Assembly: GCA_964637135.1 (NCBI GenBank)
Contig: CAZWTX010000014.1
Location: 1 to 58,458, forward strand
DNA: 58,458 nt
Reading direction: 5' to 3'
DNA from: an uncultured Methanospirillum sp.
GTDB lineage: Archaea > Halobacteriota > Methanomicrobia > Methanomicrobiales > Methanospirillaceae
A program made the translations under genes and the position numbers. The notes below the pieces were generated by a model that searched no databases, was not told the origin of the DNA, and worked only from the letters and a program-made list of their open reading frames with translations. Below, piece after piece: positions 9,143-18,598 of the stretch (positions within the stretch are counted from its first letter, which is position 1; every line of letters begins with the position of its first letter).

Positions 9143-10591
9143 ATGGATTTCGTCAAACTGGTCAGCGTGATCCTGGTTTTCCTCTGCTGGGGCGGAATAA
9201 CCGGTTGTGCTGATCACCCTGAAAACCTCTCACTATTTGATCCTGATCTTTTTACCGTTCAAGAGCCGCTTTTTTCTGTCAATGAAAACATGACGGTAGT
9301 AGAGAATTTACTATTTGCATCGGGCGATGAGATCTCCGGAACCGGTACCCTGTATGATTCAATCCGGGTGGATGGAACTGCCGGTGAATATTCGATCTCG
9401 ACTATCGAGATCGAGGGAACCGGGGAAACGACCTGGTCATACACGCCGGTCATCAACAATAAGACTTCCCCATACTCAACTGCCATTATCCTTGAAGTCA
9501 GGAATGCATCCTCTCTCTGGCTTACAACGGTTGGTGTCACCGGAACCGGAGATACTGCCAACTCCTTTGCCGAGTACGAGGATGATGTATCGGGAACCTT
9601 TCAGTATGGATCGCTCATTCCGTCAGATTCTTCATCAGCCTATCTCCCCGGTCCTGAAAGCCACTTTATCGTACAAGGCGTAACCGGTGATGGGTATATC
9701 ATCGACCAGGCATTCCGGTTATCCGGTGAGATGGGAGCCAGTGCCATCAACGACCTGAATCTGGTACTGGAAGAACCTGAGATCGCGGAGACCGGGAATG
9801 CAACGATACAAAATGGATTTGCCGGGTATGATCAGTATGCCCGGGTTGTGATGAGACATGTCGGTACGGTTGGGAATCGTATTGGGGTCGCTTTCTCCTC
9901 GCCTGATGAGGCATATGCACACCAGTTTCTTCAGGATGGAACCGGTTCCCGGTTGCAGATGAATCTGGTCGGTGGTTCGTCTGATAATCCGGAAGGGTAT
10001 GAGTCTTATCACACAATCAGGGGATATGGCGTCACCCAATCCTCATACCTGGGAAGAGTCTCGAATCATGGTACTCAGTCCCAGATGTCAGCAGATTATG
10101 AGGTATTATCTGTTCATGATATCTCCCGCCAATACTATGGAAGTGCATCAGATACCCCCCAGTACATCAGTGATGTCCTGGATGTTCTCGGCCCGTCTGC
10201 TGAGCTATCAGGGACAGAAGACCTTGTGACAGAAGGTCAGACGATATCATTGGACGGGCAGTATGAGATAAGAGGTCAGAATGCAGGTCATGAAAGTGAA
10301 GCCCGGGGAGGAGAATCATGGGGAAAATGTTCCCTTAATGGAGGAGAGGAAGACGGGGCACCGCTCTCCCTGAAAGGATACATCCGGAACCGGGCTTCGC
10401 TGGTCAATACCGGATTGGTCTCCCTGCAGAATCTCTTCTATGCTGATGCCTCCCGGGGAACCTCCCTGAGCTGGGGAACGAAAGCGTTCCGCTCATCTGA
10501 AGATGTGGAGTACTCCGGAACCTCGAATTCAGGTCCCGGGTTTATCAGGCAGAATGCCTATTCTGACCGGTCTACCCTGACCGCTTCCTGA
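9143..10591 (+). CDS. Hypothetical secreted or surface protein, acidic and Ser/Gly/Thr-rich
   Basis: 482-aa ORF with N-terminal K plus hydrophobic stretch ending ITGC (lipobox-like) and several N-x-S/T sequons. No recognised family. Confidence 0.7.
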   Translation: MDFVKLVSVILVFLCWGGITGCADHPENLSLFDPDLFTVQEPLFSVNENMTVVENLLFASGDEISGTGTLYDSIRVDGTAGEYSISTIEIEGTGETTWSYTPVINNKTSPYSTAIILEVRNASSLWLTTVGVTGTGDTANSFAEYEDDVSGTFQYGSLIPSDSSSAYLPGPESHFIVQGVTGDGYIIDQAFRLSGEMGASAINDLNLVLEEPEIAETGNATIQNGFAGYDQYARVVMRHVGTVGNRIGVAFSSPDEAYAHQFLQDGTGSRLQMNLVGGSSDNPEGYESYHTIRGYGVTQSSYLGRVSNHGTQSQMSADYEVLSVHDISRQYYGSASDTPQYISDVLDVLGPSAELSGTEDLVTEGQTISLDGQYEIRGQNAGHESEARGGESWGKCSLNGGEEDGAPLSLKGYIRNRASLVNTGLVSLQNLFYADASRGTSLSWGTKAFRSSEDVEYSGTSNSGPGFIRQNAYSDRSTLTAS

Positions 10592-10706
10592 TTATCCTGT
10601 CCTAATCCATTTTTTTGCCAGCCTACAGCCCGGACATATCCCGTATCCGTGTTCATCTCATGGAATCTGATTTATGGGGAGTGAAACCATACGATCCTGA
10701 GATCCC

Positions 10707-11120
10707 GTGACTTCTGAAAAGACAGAGGAAAACCTCCTGTACACGCTGAGAAAAGAGAAAGGTACCAACCTGAAGATAGATATCTGGTACGAAGGGGAGA
10801 TCTGGGTATTCCGCCCGTTCGGATCGGTGGACACCGGTACCGCAGCAGACCTGGGGGAGACCCTGACGGAAGGAATCAGCCAGGGAATGCACTGGATTGT
10901 GATAGACCTGACCGATGTCAGGTATATCTCCAGTGCAGGGCTGCGGGTCCTGATTGCAGCAGCAAAGGAACAGGCCCATAGAAAGGGTGAGATCAGGCTC
11001 TCCTCCCCGAACGAGGCAGTGGATCAGGTGCTCCGGATGTCTGGCCTGCAGGCTGTCTTCAGGATATTCCCTGACTATGAATCGGCAGTCAGTTCGTTCC
11101 CGACAACGATTCCAAAGTGA
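10707..11120 (+). CDS. STAS-domain anti-sigma-factor antagonist (RsbV/SpoIIAA-like), copy 1
   Basis: GSVDTGTA, IDLTDVRYISSAGLRVL (phosphoacceptor Ser), VDQVLRMSGL. Confidence 0.9.
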   Translation: MTSEKTEENLLYTLRKEKGTNLKIDIWYEGEIWVFRPFGSVDTGTAADLGETLTEGISQGMHWIVIDLTDVRYISSAGLRVLIAAAKEQAHRKGEIRLSSPNEAVDQVLRMSGLQAVFRIFPDYESAVSSFPTTIPK

Positions 11121-11131
11121 GAACCGGGGAG

Positions 11132-11605
11132 TTACAGGCTCCGGTTAACCGGCCTGTCCCGGATACGCAGGATCTCAAGCCAGAGACTCACCAGCGAGAG
11201 GCTGAGCAGGTTCACGGTTGTCGCCCCGTACCAGAACCAGGTCTCGGTCTGTGTCATCTTCGGTGCCCACCCCGACCAGAGCACCGTACAGAGGATCGAG
11301 AAGGTGAGAAGGGTATCTATCGCAAGAAAGACTGATGGAATCCTGAGAAACCTCCCTGCCTGGGCGAGCGTACAGTATTCGATCCTGGTTTCCTGGCCGG
11401 TAATGCCTGATCCGGCACGGACCAGGTTCATGATGAGATCTACCGATGCCCAGATGATCACACCATATCCGATAAGGAGCAGCGTATCATCACTTCCCCC
11501 GGCTCCCACCCGGATCGCCAGAACACCGAAGAGGAGTTTGTAGATACAGAAGGGAACGCCCACGGTCAGCGAGAGGAAGAAGGGACTCTGGAAAAACCGG
11601 ATCAT
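11132..11605 (-). CDS. Hypothetical membrane protein (about 4 TM) inside the partner-switching cluster
   Basis: Four hydrophobic segments. Start probably MIRFFQ (11605); the ORF track extends it to 11647. Confidence 0.7.
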   Translation of the reverse strand: MIRFFQSPFFLSLTVGVPFCIYKLLFGVLAIRVGAGGSDDTLLLIGYGVIIWASVDLIMNLVRAGSGITGQETRIEYCTLAQAGRFLRIPSVFLAIDTLLTFSILCTVLWSGWAPKMTQTETWFWYGATTVNLLSLSLVSLWLEILRIRDRPVNRSL

Positions 11606-11749
11606 TCTTCCGCCGGGACCGGTTCCCGGCCGGTCTGCTGCATTCATCCTATACGAATCATCCTGACGGATGGAAAACCTGCTGTATACCGGCCCTAACC
11701 GGATTCAATCCATTCATCTTATTATCCCCGGGGGAGACGGTACACTGTT

Positions 11750-13924
11750 GTGAATATGAATCCCCCATCCCCGTCCGGCTCAGGCACCCCTGGTACTGGT
11801 TCCGGTTCCGGCAGACGATTCCGGTTCAGACTTTCAGTATCTGCCAGGATTTTTATTATTCTCCTGACCCTCGGGTTAATCATCTTCCTGGTGGTTGGCG
11901 GTATCTCATTCTTCCTTCTCCAGGGGCTTGGGCAGTATGCAACCGAGATGAGCGGAACACTCGGTTCAGACGCAGCTGACGAGAGTGCCCAGGCGCTCAG
12001 AGATAACTCTGAGCTCTACCTTCTTCGGCTGGTCACCGATCAGGCTGATATCAGCAACCTGTTCTTTGAACGGATCCGTGACGAGATGGATGTACTGACA
12101 ACGCAGGCGGGCCTGCGGATATCAGATCCTGAACAGGAGATTCCTCAGATCTATTCAAAAGATACACCCCCTGATCGCCAGGGCGAGCATGGTGTTTTCA
12201 TTTCGGCTGATGCCGACACCACCGGCCGGGATCCTGATGCGAGGATCGCCTCGATGGAAGAGGTTATCGCCCCCATATACCAGTCTGATCACCATCTGAC
12301 TGCAACATACGTGGCAGATTCGAATGGTTCCCTCTATTTCTTCCCCTGGACAAACCAGATCCCCGATGGATTTGATCCCAGGACACGGGAATGGTACAGC
12401 CGTGCAGTCTCATCCGGCCAGTTGGTGTGGTCAGACCCGTATCTCGATGCAGTCGGGAACGGACAGATGATAACCGCCTCGCGGATGGTCAGGAGCGGTT
12501 CAAACCAGACCTGGGTAATTGGATCTGACCTGACCATTGACACCATCATGGACCGTATTATCGGAACCCAGATGGGGGACCGTGGATATGCCTTCCTGGT
12601 GAACCAGAACGGTGCGATCATTGCCCGTCCGGATTCTTCGTACGGGGATCTTAATCAGTCAGTCTTCCCTGATGAGAACCTCCTCCTCTCGACAAACGAG
12701 GATGTCAGATCTGTTGCCGGGGAGATGACAGCCGGGTTTTCCGGGGTAATGACCTGTCACTTCTCCGACGGCGACCGGTATATCGCGTATGCCCCGGTCA
12801 AATCCGTGAACTGGAGTGTGGGCATCATTCTTCCCGTTGAGTCGGTGATTGCCCCGTCCATGATGATAAAACGGGCGATTGAGGATACATCAACGATGAC
12901 CCGCACGGAGATCGAGCGGCATATCATCATCCTCATGCAAGCTCTTGCTGCCACTTTTGCCCTTCTTTTCGTGGTAATTCTCCTATTTTCCCTGTTTATT
13001 TCAAGATACGTATCAGGTCCGGTCAGGATCCTGAAGGTCGGGGCAGAACGGATCGGGGAAGGAGATCTCTCCACCCCGGTCTCGGTCAAGACTGGTGACG
13101 AGTTCGAGGATCTGGCCGATGCCTTCAACCAGATGGCAGCCCGGCTTTCTCTCCATATCATCACCCTCCGGGACACCACGGCAAGAGAAGAGCGGTTCAG
13201 GCACGAGCTTGAGATCGCCCGGACGATTCAGCTCAGTTTCCTCCCCGACCATCCCCCGGCGATTGAAGGATTCGAGATGGCGGCGTATGCCTCCCCCGCC
13301 CAGGAGGTTGGCGGGGATTTCCATGACTTCATCCCGCTTCCTGGCGGGGGATGGGGTGTTGCCATCGCCGACGTCTCCGGAAAGGGTGTCCCTGCCGCCC
13401 TCTTCATGGCGCTCTCCCGGACCCTCCTCCGGGTTAGTTCAGGCGTACACTCCGAGGCTGATGCGATCATCACCCGGACAAACAACCTAATCAGCAGGGA
13501 TGCCGAAGGGGGCATGTTCGTGACCCTCTTCTTCATGCTGGTCACTCCCGGTTCACGGAACATATCCTGGGTCAATGCCGGGCACAACCCTCCGGTTGTC
13601 ATTCCTGCTGACCCTGCTGCTGATCCGGTCTTCCTCGGGGATGAAAATCCGGCCCCCGGACTGATCGAAGAGTTTCCGTACCCGGCACGGAGCAGTTCGC
13701 TTGATCCTGGCGATCTTGTTGTACTGTATACCGATGGTATCACCGAGGCGATGGATCCTGATGGAAACGAATACGGAACTGACCGGTTCATCTCTACCAT
13801 CAGGTTGGTCCGGGATCGTCCCCTTGATTCGGTAAAAGACGCAATTCTCGCAGATATTGCTCGTTTTGTGAGAGAAGCCCCCCAGTCAGATGATATCAGC
13901 CTGATCCTGATCCGGGTGAACTGA
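11750..13924 (+). CDS. Membrane sensor phosphatase: TM-dCache-TM-HAMP-PP2C (SpoIIE/RsbU-like)
   Basis: dCache motif FDPRTREWY...WSDPYLDA, HAMP (GDEFEDLADAFNQMA), PP2C motifs VGGDFHD, IADVSGKG, NAGH, LYTDGITEA, DDISL. Confidence 0.93.
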   Translation: MNMNPPSPSGSGTPGTGSGSGRRFRFRLSVSARIFIILLTLGLIIFLVVGGISFFLLQGLGQYATEMSGTLGSDAADESAQALRDNSELYLLRLVTDQADISNLFFERIRDEMDVLTTQAGLRISDPEQEIPQIYSKDTPPDRQGEHGVFISADADTTGRDPDARIASMEEVIAPIYQSDHHLTATYVADSNGSLYFFPWTNQIPDGFDPRTREWYSRAVSSGQLVWSDPYLDAVGNGQMITASRMVRSGSNQTWVIGSDLTIDTIMDRIIGTQMGDRGYAFLVNQNGAIIARPDSSYGDLNQSVFPDENLLLSTNEDVRSVAGEMTAGFSGVMTCHFSDGDRYIAYAPVKSVNWSVGIILPVESVIAPSMMIKRAIEDTSTMTRTEIERHIIILMQALAATFALLFVVILLFSLFISRYVSGPVRILKVGAERIGEGDLSTPVSVKTGDEFEDLADAFNQMAARLSLHIITLRDTTAREERFRHELEIARTIQLSFLPDHPPAIEGFEMAAYASPAQEVGGDFHDFIPLPGGGWGVAIADVSGKGVPAALFMALSRTLLRVSSGVHSEADAIITRTNNLISRDAEGGMFVTLFFMLVTPGSRNISWVNAGHNPPVVIPADPAADPVFLGDENPAPGLIEEFPYPARSSSLDPGDLVVLYTDGITEAMDPDGNEYGTDRFISTIRLVRDRPLDSVKDAILADIARFVREAPQSDDISLILIRVN

Positions 13925-15638
13925 CAGACGGCGGAAAGAAGGCCCTGAGGATCGTATTCCCGCTCACGGGGAGGATATCAGGGACACCTCCACAGGCTTC
14001 GATCTCACGCATCAGTGAGCGGGGGATCCTGATTTCAGAAGGAGTATGTTCATCTCCCGGATCCCCAATCAGCAGTTCGAGGAGGATTCCTTCAGGCCGG
14101 TTGTCGATGTGTACCATGATGGCCGTCGATCCGGCAGCCTGGCAGATGTCTGCGATGGCATGAAGGAGATCAGAGAGACGTTCGGGATCTGCCATGACCG
14201 GGGGAAAATTCCCGCGACGACTGCAGGTGATCAGCATCTCTCCCTGGTGAGGAACAGTGCAGAGCCGTTTTATGAGGGCGATACGGAATGTCTCCTCCTC
14301 GTCGGCAGATGCAAGGAATGCATCGTCAGATATGCCTGCCGAGTGACGTGCCTCAATGAAGGATTCAATGAGATCGGCGATGTCGGTCGGTGAGAGATCC
14401 CTGACCGGGCAGGTACCCTGGATGGTACAGAGAAAGTCCTGGCAGAGTCGCACTGCCCGTCTCAGAAGTGCCGGGTCAAGGAACTGGTCAAGTGAATCCG
14501 GGATCACCCGCTCTATCTTCTGGAGAATCTGGAGCGCTTTGAGGACCACCTGGACTTCTTTCTTGTTGCCGGCGAGGAAATCCTCGAAAAACTGGTCAAA
14601 GTCACCGATACACCGGTCAATCTCCTCATCCGGGAAGAGCGCCTCGATCCGCCCGGCCTCTTCCTCCTCACCGATCTCCCCAAGCTGGTAGATGAGAAAG
14701 AGGATGCGTCCACCGATGATCGGGAAGAGCCGGTGTGCCTCCTCGATGAGATCGGTGGCATGCCACATGGAAAGATCCAGTCTCTCCCGGTCGAAGGTTG
14801 CTATCCGCGGCATCGCGACAATATCCCGCTCAACCTTCCGCAGTATCTTCCCCGTGGTTTCGCGGTTAAGGGAATTTCCATGTCCGGGAATACATTCTGA
14901 TATGCCCTCCGACTCGATGAGCCACGAGAGATTTCTCACCGTCTGCAGGAGGTGATCCGGATTCCAGCCGGGGATCCCGGCAACACCGGGGTTGGCAGCA
15001 AAGAGGGTATCCCCGATATGGAGGGTATCCCCGATCCGGATGGAGATGCTGTCTTCCGTGTGGCCGGGAGTATGCCAGAACTCGATCCGGTCACCGCCCT
15101 GGAGGATAAACGACTCGATTGAAACCGTTGTACCGGATTGTCCTTCCCGGATCTCTCGACTGATGACCACCTCTCTTCCCCCCGGACCGGGGGCCACCCG
15201 CGTGCCTGGCCCGGCCTGCTTGTAATATAGTATCAGATCAGTTCCCGCCACCGGGATCTCCTGTCCCATCATTCGTGCAAAACTGCGCTCCTGGTCTCCG
15301 GTTGCAAGGATTTCTGCCCCCGTTTCATGAGCGATCAGGACCGGTCTGCAAAGCGTCCTGAATTCAGGATGAACGAGCCCCTGGTAGATGTGATCGTAAT
15401 GAACATGGGTAAAGATGAGGCCCACCGGCTCTCCCGGAAATGCGGGGATTTGTTTCAGTTCTGTAAGTACACGGTCCATGATATCCGGACGGGCACCGCT
15501 GTCAATCAGGAGAAGATCGGTACCTGAACGGATCAGGGAGACGTTCGAACAGGTGACGTCCGGTTTTAAGAAAAGGGGATAAATCCAGGAATCAACGGTT
15601 CCGGGAATTTTCTGCCAGGTATCACTCACAAGGGGCAT
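13896..15638 (-). CDS. Metallo-beta-lactamase-fold hydrolase fused to a degenerate histidine-kinase-like C-terminal region
   Basis: LIDSG, THVHYDH, HTPGHT, GDTLF and PGHG motifs. C-terminus PVMADPERLSDLL...IGDPG...IEACGG resembles HATPase_c without the N and G2 boxes. Start probably MPLVSD (15638). Confidence 0.8.
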   Translation of the reverse strand: MPLVSDTWQKIPGTVDSWIYPLFLKPDVTCSNVSLIRSGTDLLLIDSGARPDIMDRVLTELKQIPAFPGEPVGLIFTHVHYDHIYQGLVHPEFRTLCRPVLIAHETGAEILATGDQERSFARMMGQEIPVAGTDLILYYKQAGPGTRVAPGPGGREVVISREIREGQSGTTVSIESFILQGGDRIEFWHTPGHTEDSISIRIGDTLHIGDTLFAANPGVAGIPGWNPDHLLQTVRNLSWLIESEGISECIPGHGNSLNRETTGKILRKVERDIVAMPRIATFDRERLDLSMWHATDLIEEAHRLFPIIGGRILFLIYQLGEIGEEEEAGRIEALFPDEEIDRCIGDFDQFFEDFLAGNKKEVQVVLKALQILQKIERVIPDSLDQFLDPALLRRAVRLCQDFLCTIQGTCPVRDLSPTDIADLIESFIEARHSAGISDDAFLASADEEETFRIALIKRLCTVPHQGEMLITCSRRGNFPPVMADPERLSDLLHAIADICQAAGSTAIMVHIDNRPEGILLELLIGDPGDEHTPSEIRIPRSLMREIEACGGVPDILPVSGNTILRAFFPPSVSSPGSGSG

Positions 15639-15731
15639 ATGTGATCGATGGTTGTGTCTCCGGAATGATAAAGACGGACCTGTTGACAGGAGATCCGGTA
15701 TCCTCATACTGTTTTGAGCAGAGAGAAGAAT

Positions 15732-16079
15732 ATGGCAGATGCGGTTCAGATAAGCACACGTGAAGAGAACGGGATTGTGATCCTGGATCTCGCCGGGCGG
15801 GTGGATGCGGCTACATCACCTGAGCTCGAAAACGCCCTTTCGTCCCTCATTTCTTCAGGTAATAATAAAATCGTGCTGAATGCCACTGGTCTCGTTTATA
15901 TCAGCAGTTCAGGACTGCGCATCCTCCTTGCCTCGTTGAAAAAACTCAAGGCAGATAACGGTGACCTTGTGCTTGCCTGTCTCCAGCCGGCACCGCGGGA
16001 AGTGGTCACCATGACCGGATTCAACCGGTTGTTCTGTATCTGTGATACGATTGAAGACGGGATCCACAGATTCTCCTGA
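15732..16079 (+). CDS. STAS-domain anti-sigma-factor antagonist (RsbV/SpoIIAA-like), copy 2
   Basis: LAGRVDAATSPELE, LVYISSSGLRILL, EVVTMTGF. Confidence 0.92.
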   Translation: MADAVQISTREENGIVILDLAGRVDAATSPELENALSSLISSGNNKIVLNATGLVYISSSGLRILLASLKKLKADNGDLVLACLQPAPREVVTMTGFNRLFCICDTIEDGIHRFS

Positions 16080-16092
16080 GAGACCCGGACGG

Positions 16093-16500
16093 ATGAATGA
16101 TGAACTGGTAATCCCGGCAGATATCAGTGAACTCTCCCGGGTTATGGCATATCTCGGTGAACGCCTCTCCCCGCATGCTGTTCCTGACCTGGAAACCTCG
16201 CAGCTCGAACTGGTGGTCGAAGAGGCGGTGACGAACAGTATCCTTCATGGCTACAAGGGAACTGCCGGAGAGGTTCGGATCGCGGTGCGGGTCGAAGACG
16301 GGATGGTCACGATAGTCATCCGCGATACTGCGCCCTCCTTTGATCCCTTCAGCATTCCCCCGCCGGATATCGAATCTGCCCTTTCTGATCGGAAAATCGG
16401 CGGGCTCGGGGTGCATCTCATCAGGTCACTCATGGACGAGGCGTTCTGGGTACGTGAAGACAACCGGAACGTGCTCATCATGAAGAAGCGGATCGGGTAG
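16093..16500 (+). CDS. RsbW/SpoIIAB-like anti-sigma-factor Ser kinase (GHKL ATPase)
   Basis: N-box EEAVTNSILHGY, G1 IRDTAPSFDP, G2 IGGLGVHLI. Directly follows the STAS gene. Confidence 0.92.
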   Translation: MNDELVIPADISELSRVMAYLGERLSPHAVPDLETSQLELVVEEAVTNSILHGYKGTAGEVRIAVRVEDGMVTIVIRDTAPSFDPFSIPPPDIESALSDRKIGGLGVHLIRSLMDEAFWVREDNRNVLIMKKRIG

Positions 16501-16526
16501 TCCTCTTCCCTCTTCCCGGTTTTCCC

Positions 16527-16832
16527 CTACTTCTTCTCGACTTTCTCCTCACCCATGACACTCTTTGCTATCAGGAAGACGACGAGGGCGATGATGATGA
16601 AGTTGATGACCTCGGCAGCAAAGGGTCCAATCCCGAACTGTACCGGTCCGACTGCAAGGATCGCCTCTTTCCAGTTTCCACCGGGGATGAGAACCGTTAC
16701 AACCGGCATGATGATGTTGTCAACGAAGGATTTCACGAGGGCGGTCGCGGCAACACCGATGATGAATGCTATGGCGAGTGCTACTACCTTGTATTCCTTC
16801 AGAAACTCAAGAAACTCTTGAATAATACCCAT
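16527..16832 (-). CDS. mscL: Large-conductance mechanosensitive channel, short form
   Basis: EFLEFL..YKVVALAIAFIIG.A...LVKSFVDNIIMP and GPFAAEVINFIII. Confidence 0.88.
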   Translation of the reverse strand: MGIIQEFLEFLKEYKVVALAIAFIIGVAATALVKSFVDNIIMPVVTVLIPGGNWKEAILAVGPVQFGIGPFAAEVINFIIIALVVFLIAKSVMGEEKVEKK

Positions 16833-16900
16833 TGTGATCAGCGTCAATGGGTTGCATCGTATGATGAATGTTGGGGTGAGGGGGCCCTGGCGGGACGGTA

Positions 16901-17467
16901 TCAGCCAGCCCGGTACCGTGTCTCTGCCGTCCCAATGCCGATGATATGGCCGCCGATGGCGGTATCTGCAGCCTTCTGGTCTGCTCCGGGGAGGCTGATC
17001 TGGCTGTCCAGGGCATACAGAGTCCAGGTATACCGGTGGGCCGACCCGGCCGGTGGACAGGGCGGGAAGTAGCCGGTTTTTCCGGCGGTTGTTTTTCCCT
17101 CCGCCATGGCATGCGTCCCGGCATGTGTCCCTTCGGGGATGGACCGTGAATCAGGGCTGATATTCGAGAGGATCCAGTGGGTGAATGTTCCCGCGGGGGC
17201 ATCGGGATCATCCATGATCAGCAGGAGCGAGCGGGTATTCTCCGGGACCGGACCCCAGGATACCGCGGGTGAGATTCCCTGGCCGGAGCAGGTGTAAACC
17301 GCCGGCAGGGATTCCCCCGGGGTAAGATTTGCGATCCTGAGTTCTAATGTCGTGTTCACCGGGTTGTTTCCGTCCACAGTGATGGCCGGAACCGCCGGGA
17401 TAAGCCAGAGTACAAGCATGAGGATGCATACCCGGCAGATGAGCGGATTCATGCGGTGATCGTGCAT
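16901..17467 (-). CDS. YbhB/YbcL family (PEBP/Raf-kinase-inhibitor-like) protein with signal peptide
   Basis: YTCSG..ISP, MDDPDAP.GTFTHW, GYFPPCPP..AHRY. Confidence 0.9.
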   Translation of the reverse strand: MHDHRMNPLICRVCILMLVLWLIPAVPAITVDGNNPVNTTLELRIANLTPGESLPAVYTCSGQGISPAVSWGPVPENTRSLLLIMDDPDAPAGTFTHWILSNISPDSRSIPEGTHAGTHAMAEGKTTAGKTGYFPPCPPAGSAHRYTWTLYALDSQISLPGADQKAADTAIGGHIIGIGTAETRYRAG

Positions 17468-17538
17468 GCGGTCATATTATCCGTACCGGTTGAACAGGTT
17501 ATCTCCACCGGCGTCCAATGCTTTCAGAGGCTGACCAG

Positions 17539-18249
17539 ATGGCTGATCGTGACGATATTATCCGAATGCTGGAAGAGATCGCACCCCCCGGGCTTGCCGA
17601 GCCGTTTGATGAGGGACGGATCGGACTAATTGTTGAAGGAAAACGGGAAATAAGGAAGGTCTGTACGGCACTGGATGCAACTCCTGCCGTTGTCAGTCAG
17701 GCGGTCAGCGGGGGAGCCGATCTCCTGGTGGTTCATCACACCCCGATCTGGAACCCGCTCACCGCGATTCGGGGAGCCGATACCTCCCTCTTCAGGATGG
17801 TTCTTGCTGCCGATCTAAATCTCTACGTGATGCATACAAACTACGATCATGCCCCCGGTGGTGTTAACCATGTCCTTGCAGATCTTCTCGGCCTGTCAGA
17901 TCGCACCGCGATGAGTCTTGGCCTGACCGGCATCTGCACCCTCTCCCCCGGGGAGATCTCTTCCCTCCTTCATGCCCCGCTTCGCATCTGGGGAGCGCTC
18001 AAAGAAATACGCCGGCTTGCAGTTGCTGCCGGATCCGGATTTGATCCCGTCCTCTTCGGGGAAGCGGTTGCAGCCGGTGCAGATGCCTTCCTCTCTGCAG
18101 AGCTGAAACACTCGGTGGCGAGATCCTCCCCGCTCCTCCTTCTCGAATCGACCCATTATGCCCTTGAGGCACCGGCAATGAAAGCACTTGCCGTCAGGCA
18201 GTCCTGGGAGTATCTTGACGACCCCCCACTCCTCACTTCCGTTCCATGA
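17539..18249 (+). CDS. Nif3/DUF34 dinuclear metal-centre protein
   Basis: ALDAT, LVVHHTP, MHTNYD..GGVN, THYALE. Confidence 0.9.
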   Translation: MADRDDIIRMLEEIAPPGLAEPFDEGRIGLIVEGKREIRKVCTALDATPAVVSQAVSGGADLLVVHHTPIWNPLTAIRGADTSLFRMVLAADLNLYVMHTNYDHAPGGVNHVLADLLGLSDRTAMSLGLTGICTLSPGEISSLLHAPLRIWGALKEIRRLAVAAGSGFDPVLFGEAVAAGADAFLSAELKHSVARSSPLLLLESTHYALEAPAMKALAVRQSWEYLDDPPLLTSVP

Positions 18250-18575
18250 GCGACCCCATCACCGATCTCGTGGAGTCGGGCCACCTTGATGAGCAGCTGC
18301 GCCGCCGGATCACCGCGTACTACCAGGCGAGGGGAAAGAAAGCACTTGAGATCGTGGACCAGGATCGGGTGAAGCGGTATCTCGATTTCTTCGTGGTCGT
18401 CGGTGCTTCCGGTGAATATGTCATCGAGGACGATTACTGTTCATGCGAGGATTTCCTTCACCGGGGAGGTGCCTGTGCCCATATCCTTGCCGTCAGGATA
18501 GCCCGTGCCATCGGCCGGTATGAACTGATCGATCTCTGGTACTACGAGGATCTCCTGAAAGAGGAACCCGGCTGA
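18246..18575 (+). CDS. SWIM zinc-finger protein
   Basis: CSCEDF..RG..CAHILA (CxC-CxH). ATGA overlap with the Nif3 gene. Confidence 0.88.
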   Translation: MSDPITDLVESGHLDEQLRRRITAYYQARGKKALEIVDQDRVKRYLDFFVVVGASGEYVIEDDYCSCEDFLHRGGACAHILAVRIARAIGRYELIDLWYYEDLLKEEPG

Positions 18576-18598
18576 CAGGCCATGTCAGCTGCTCCTGT

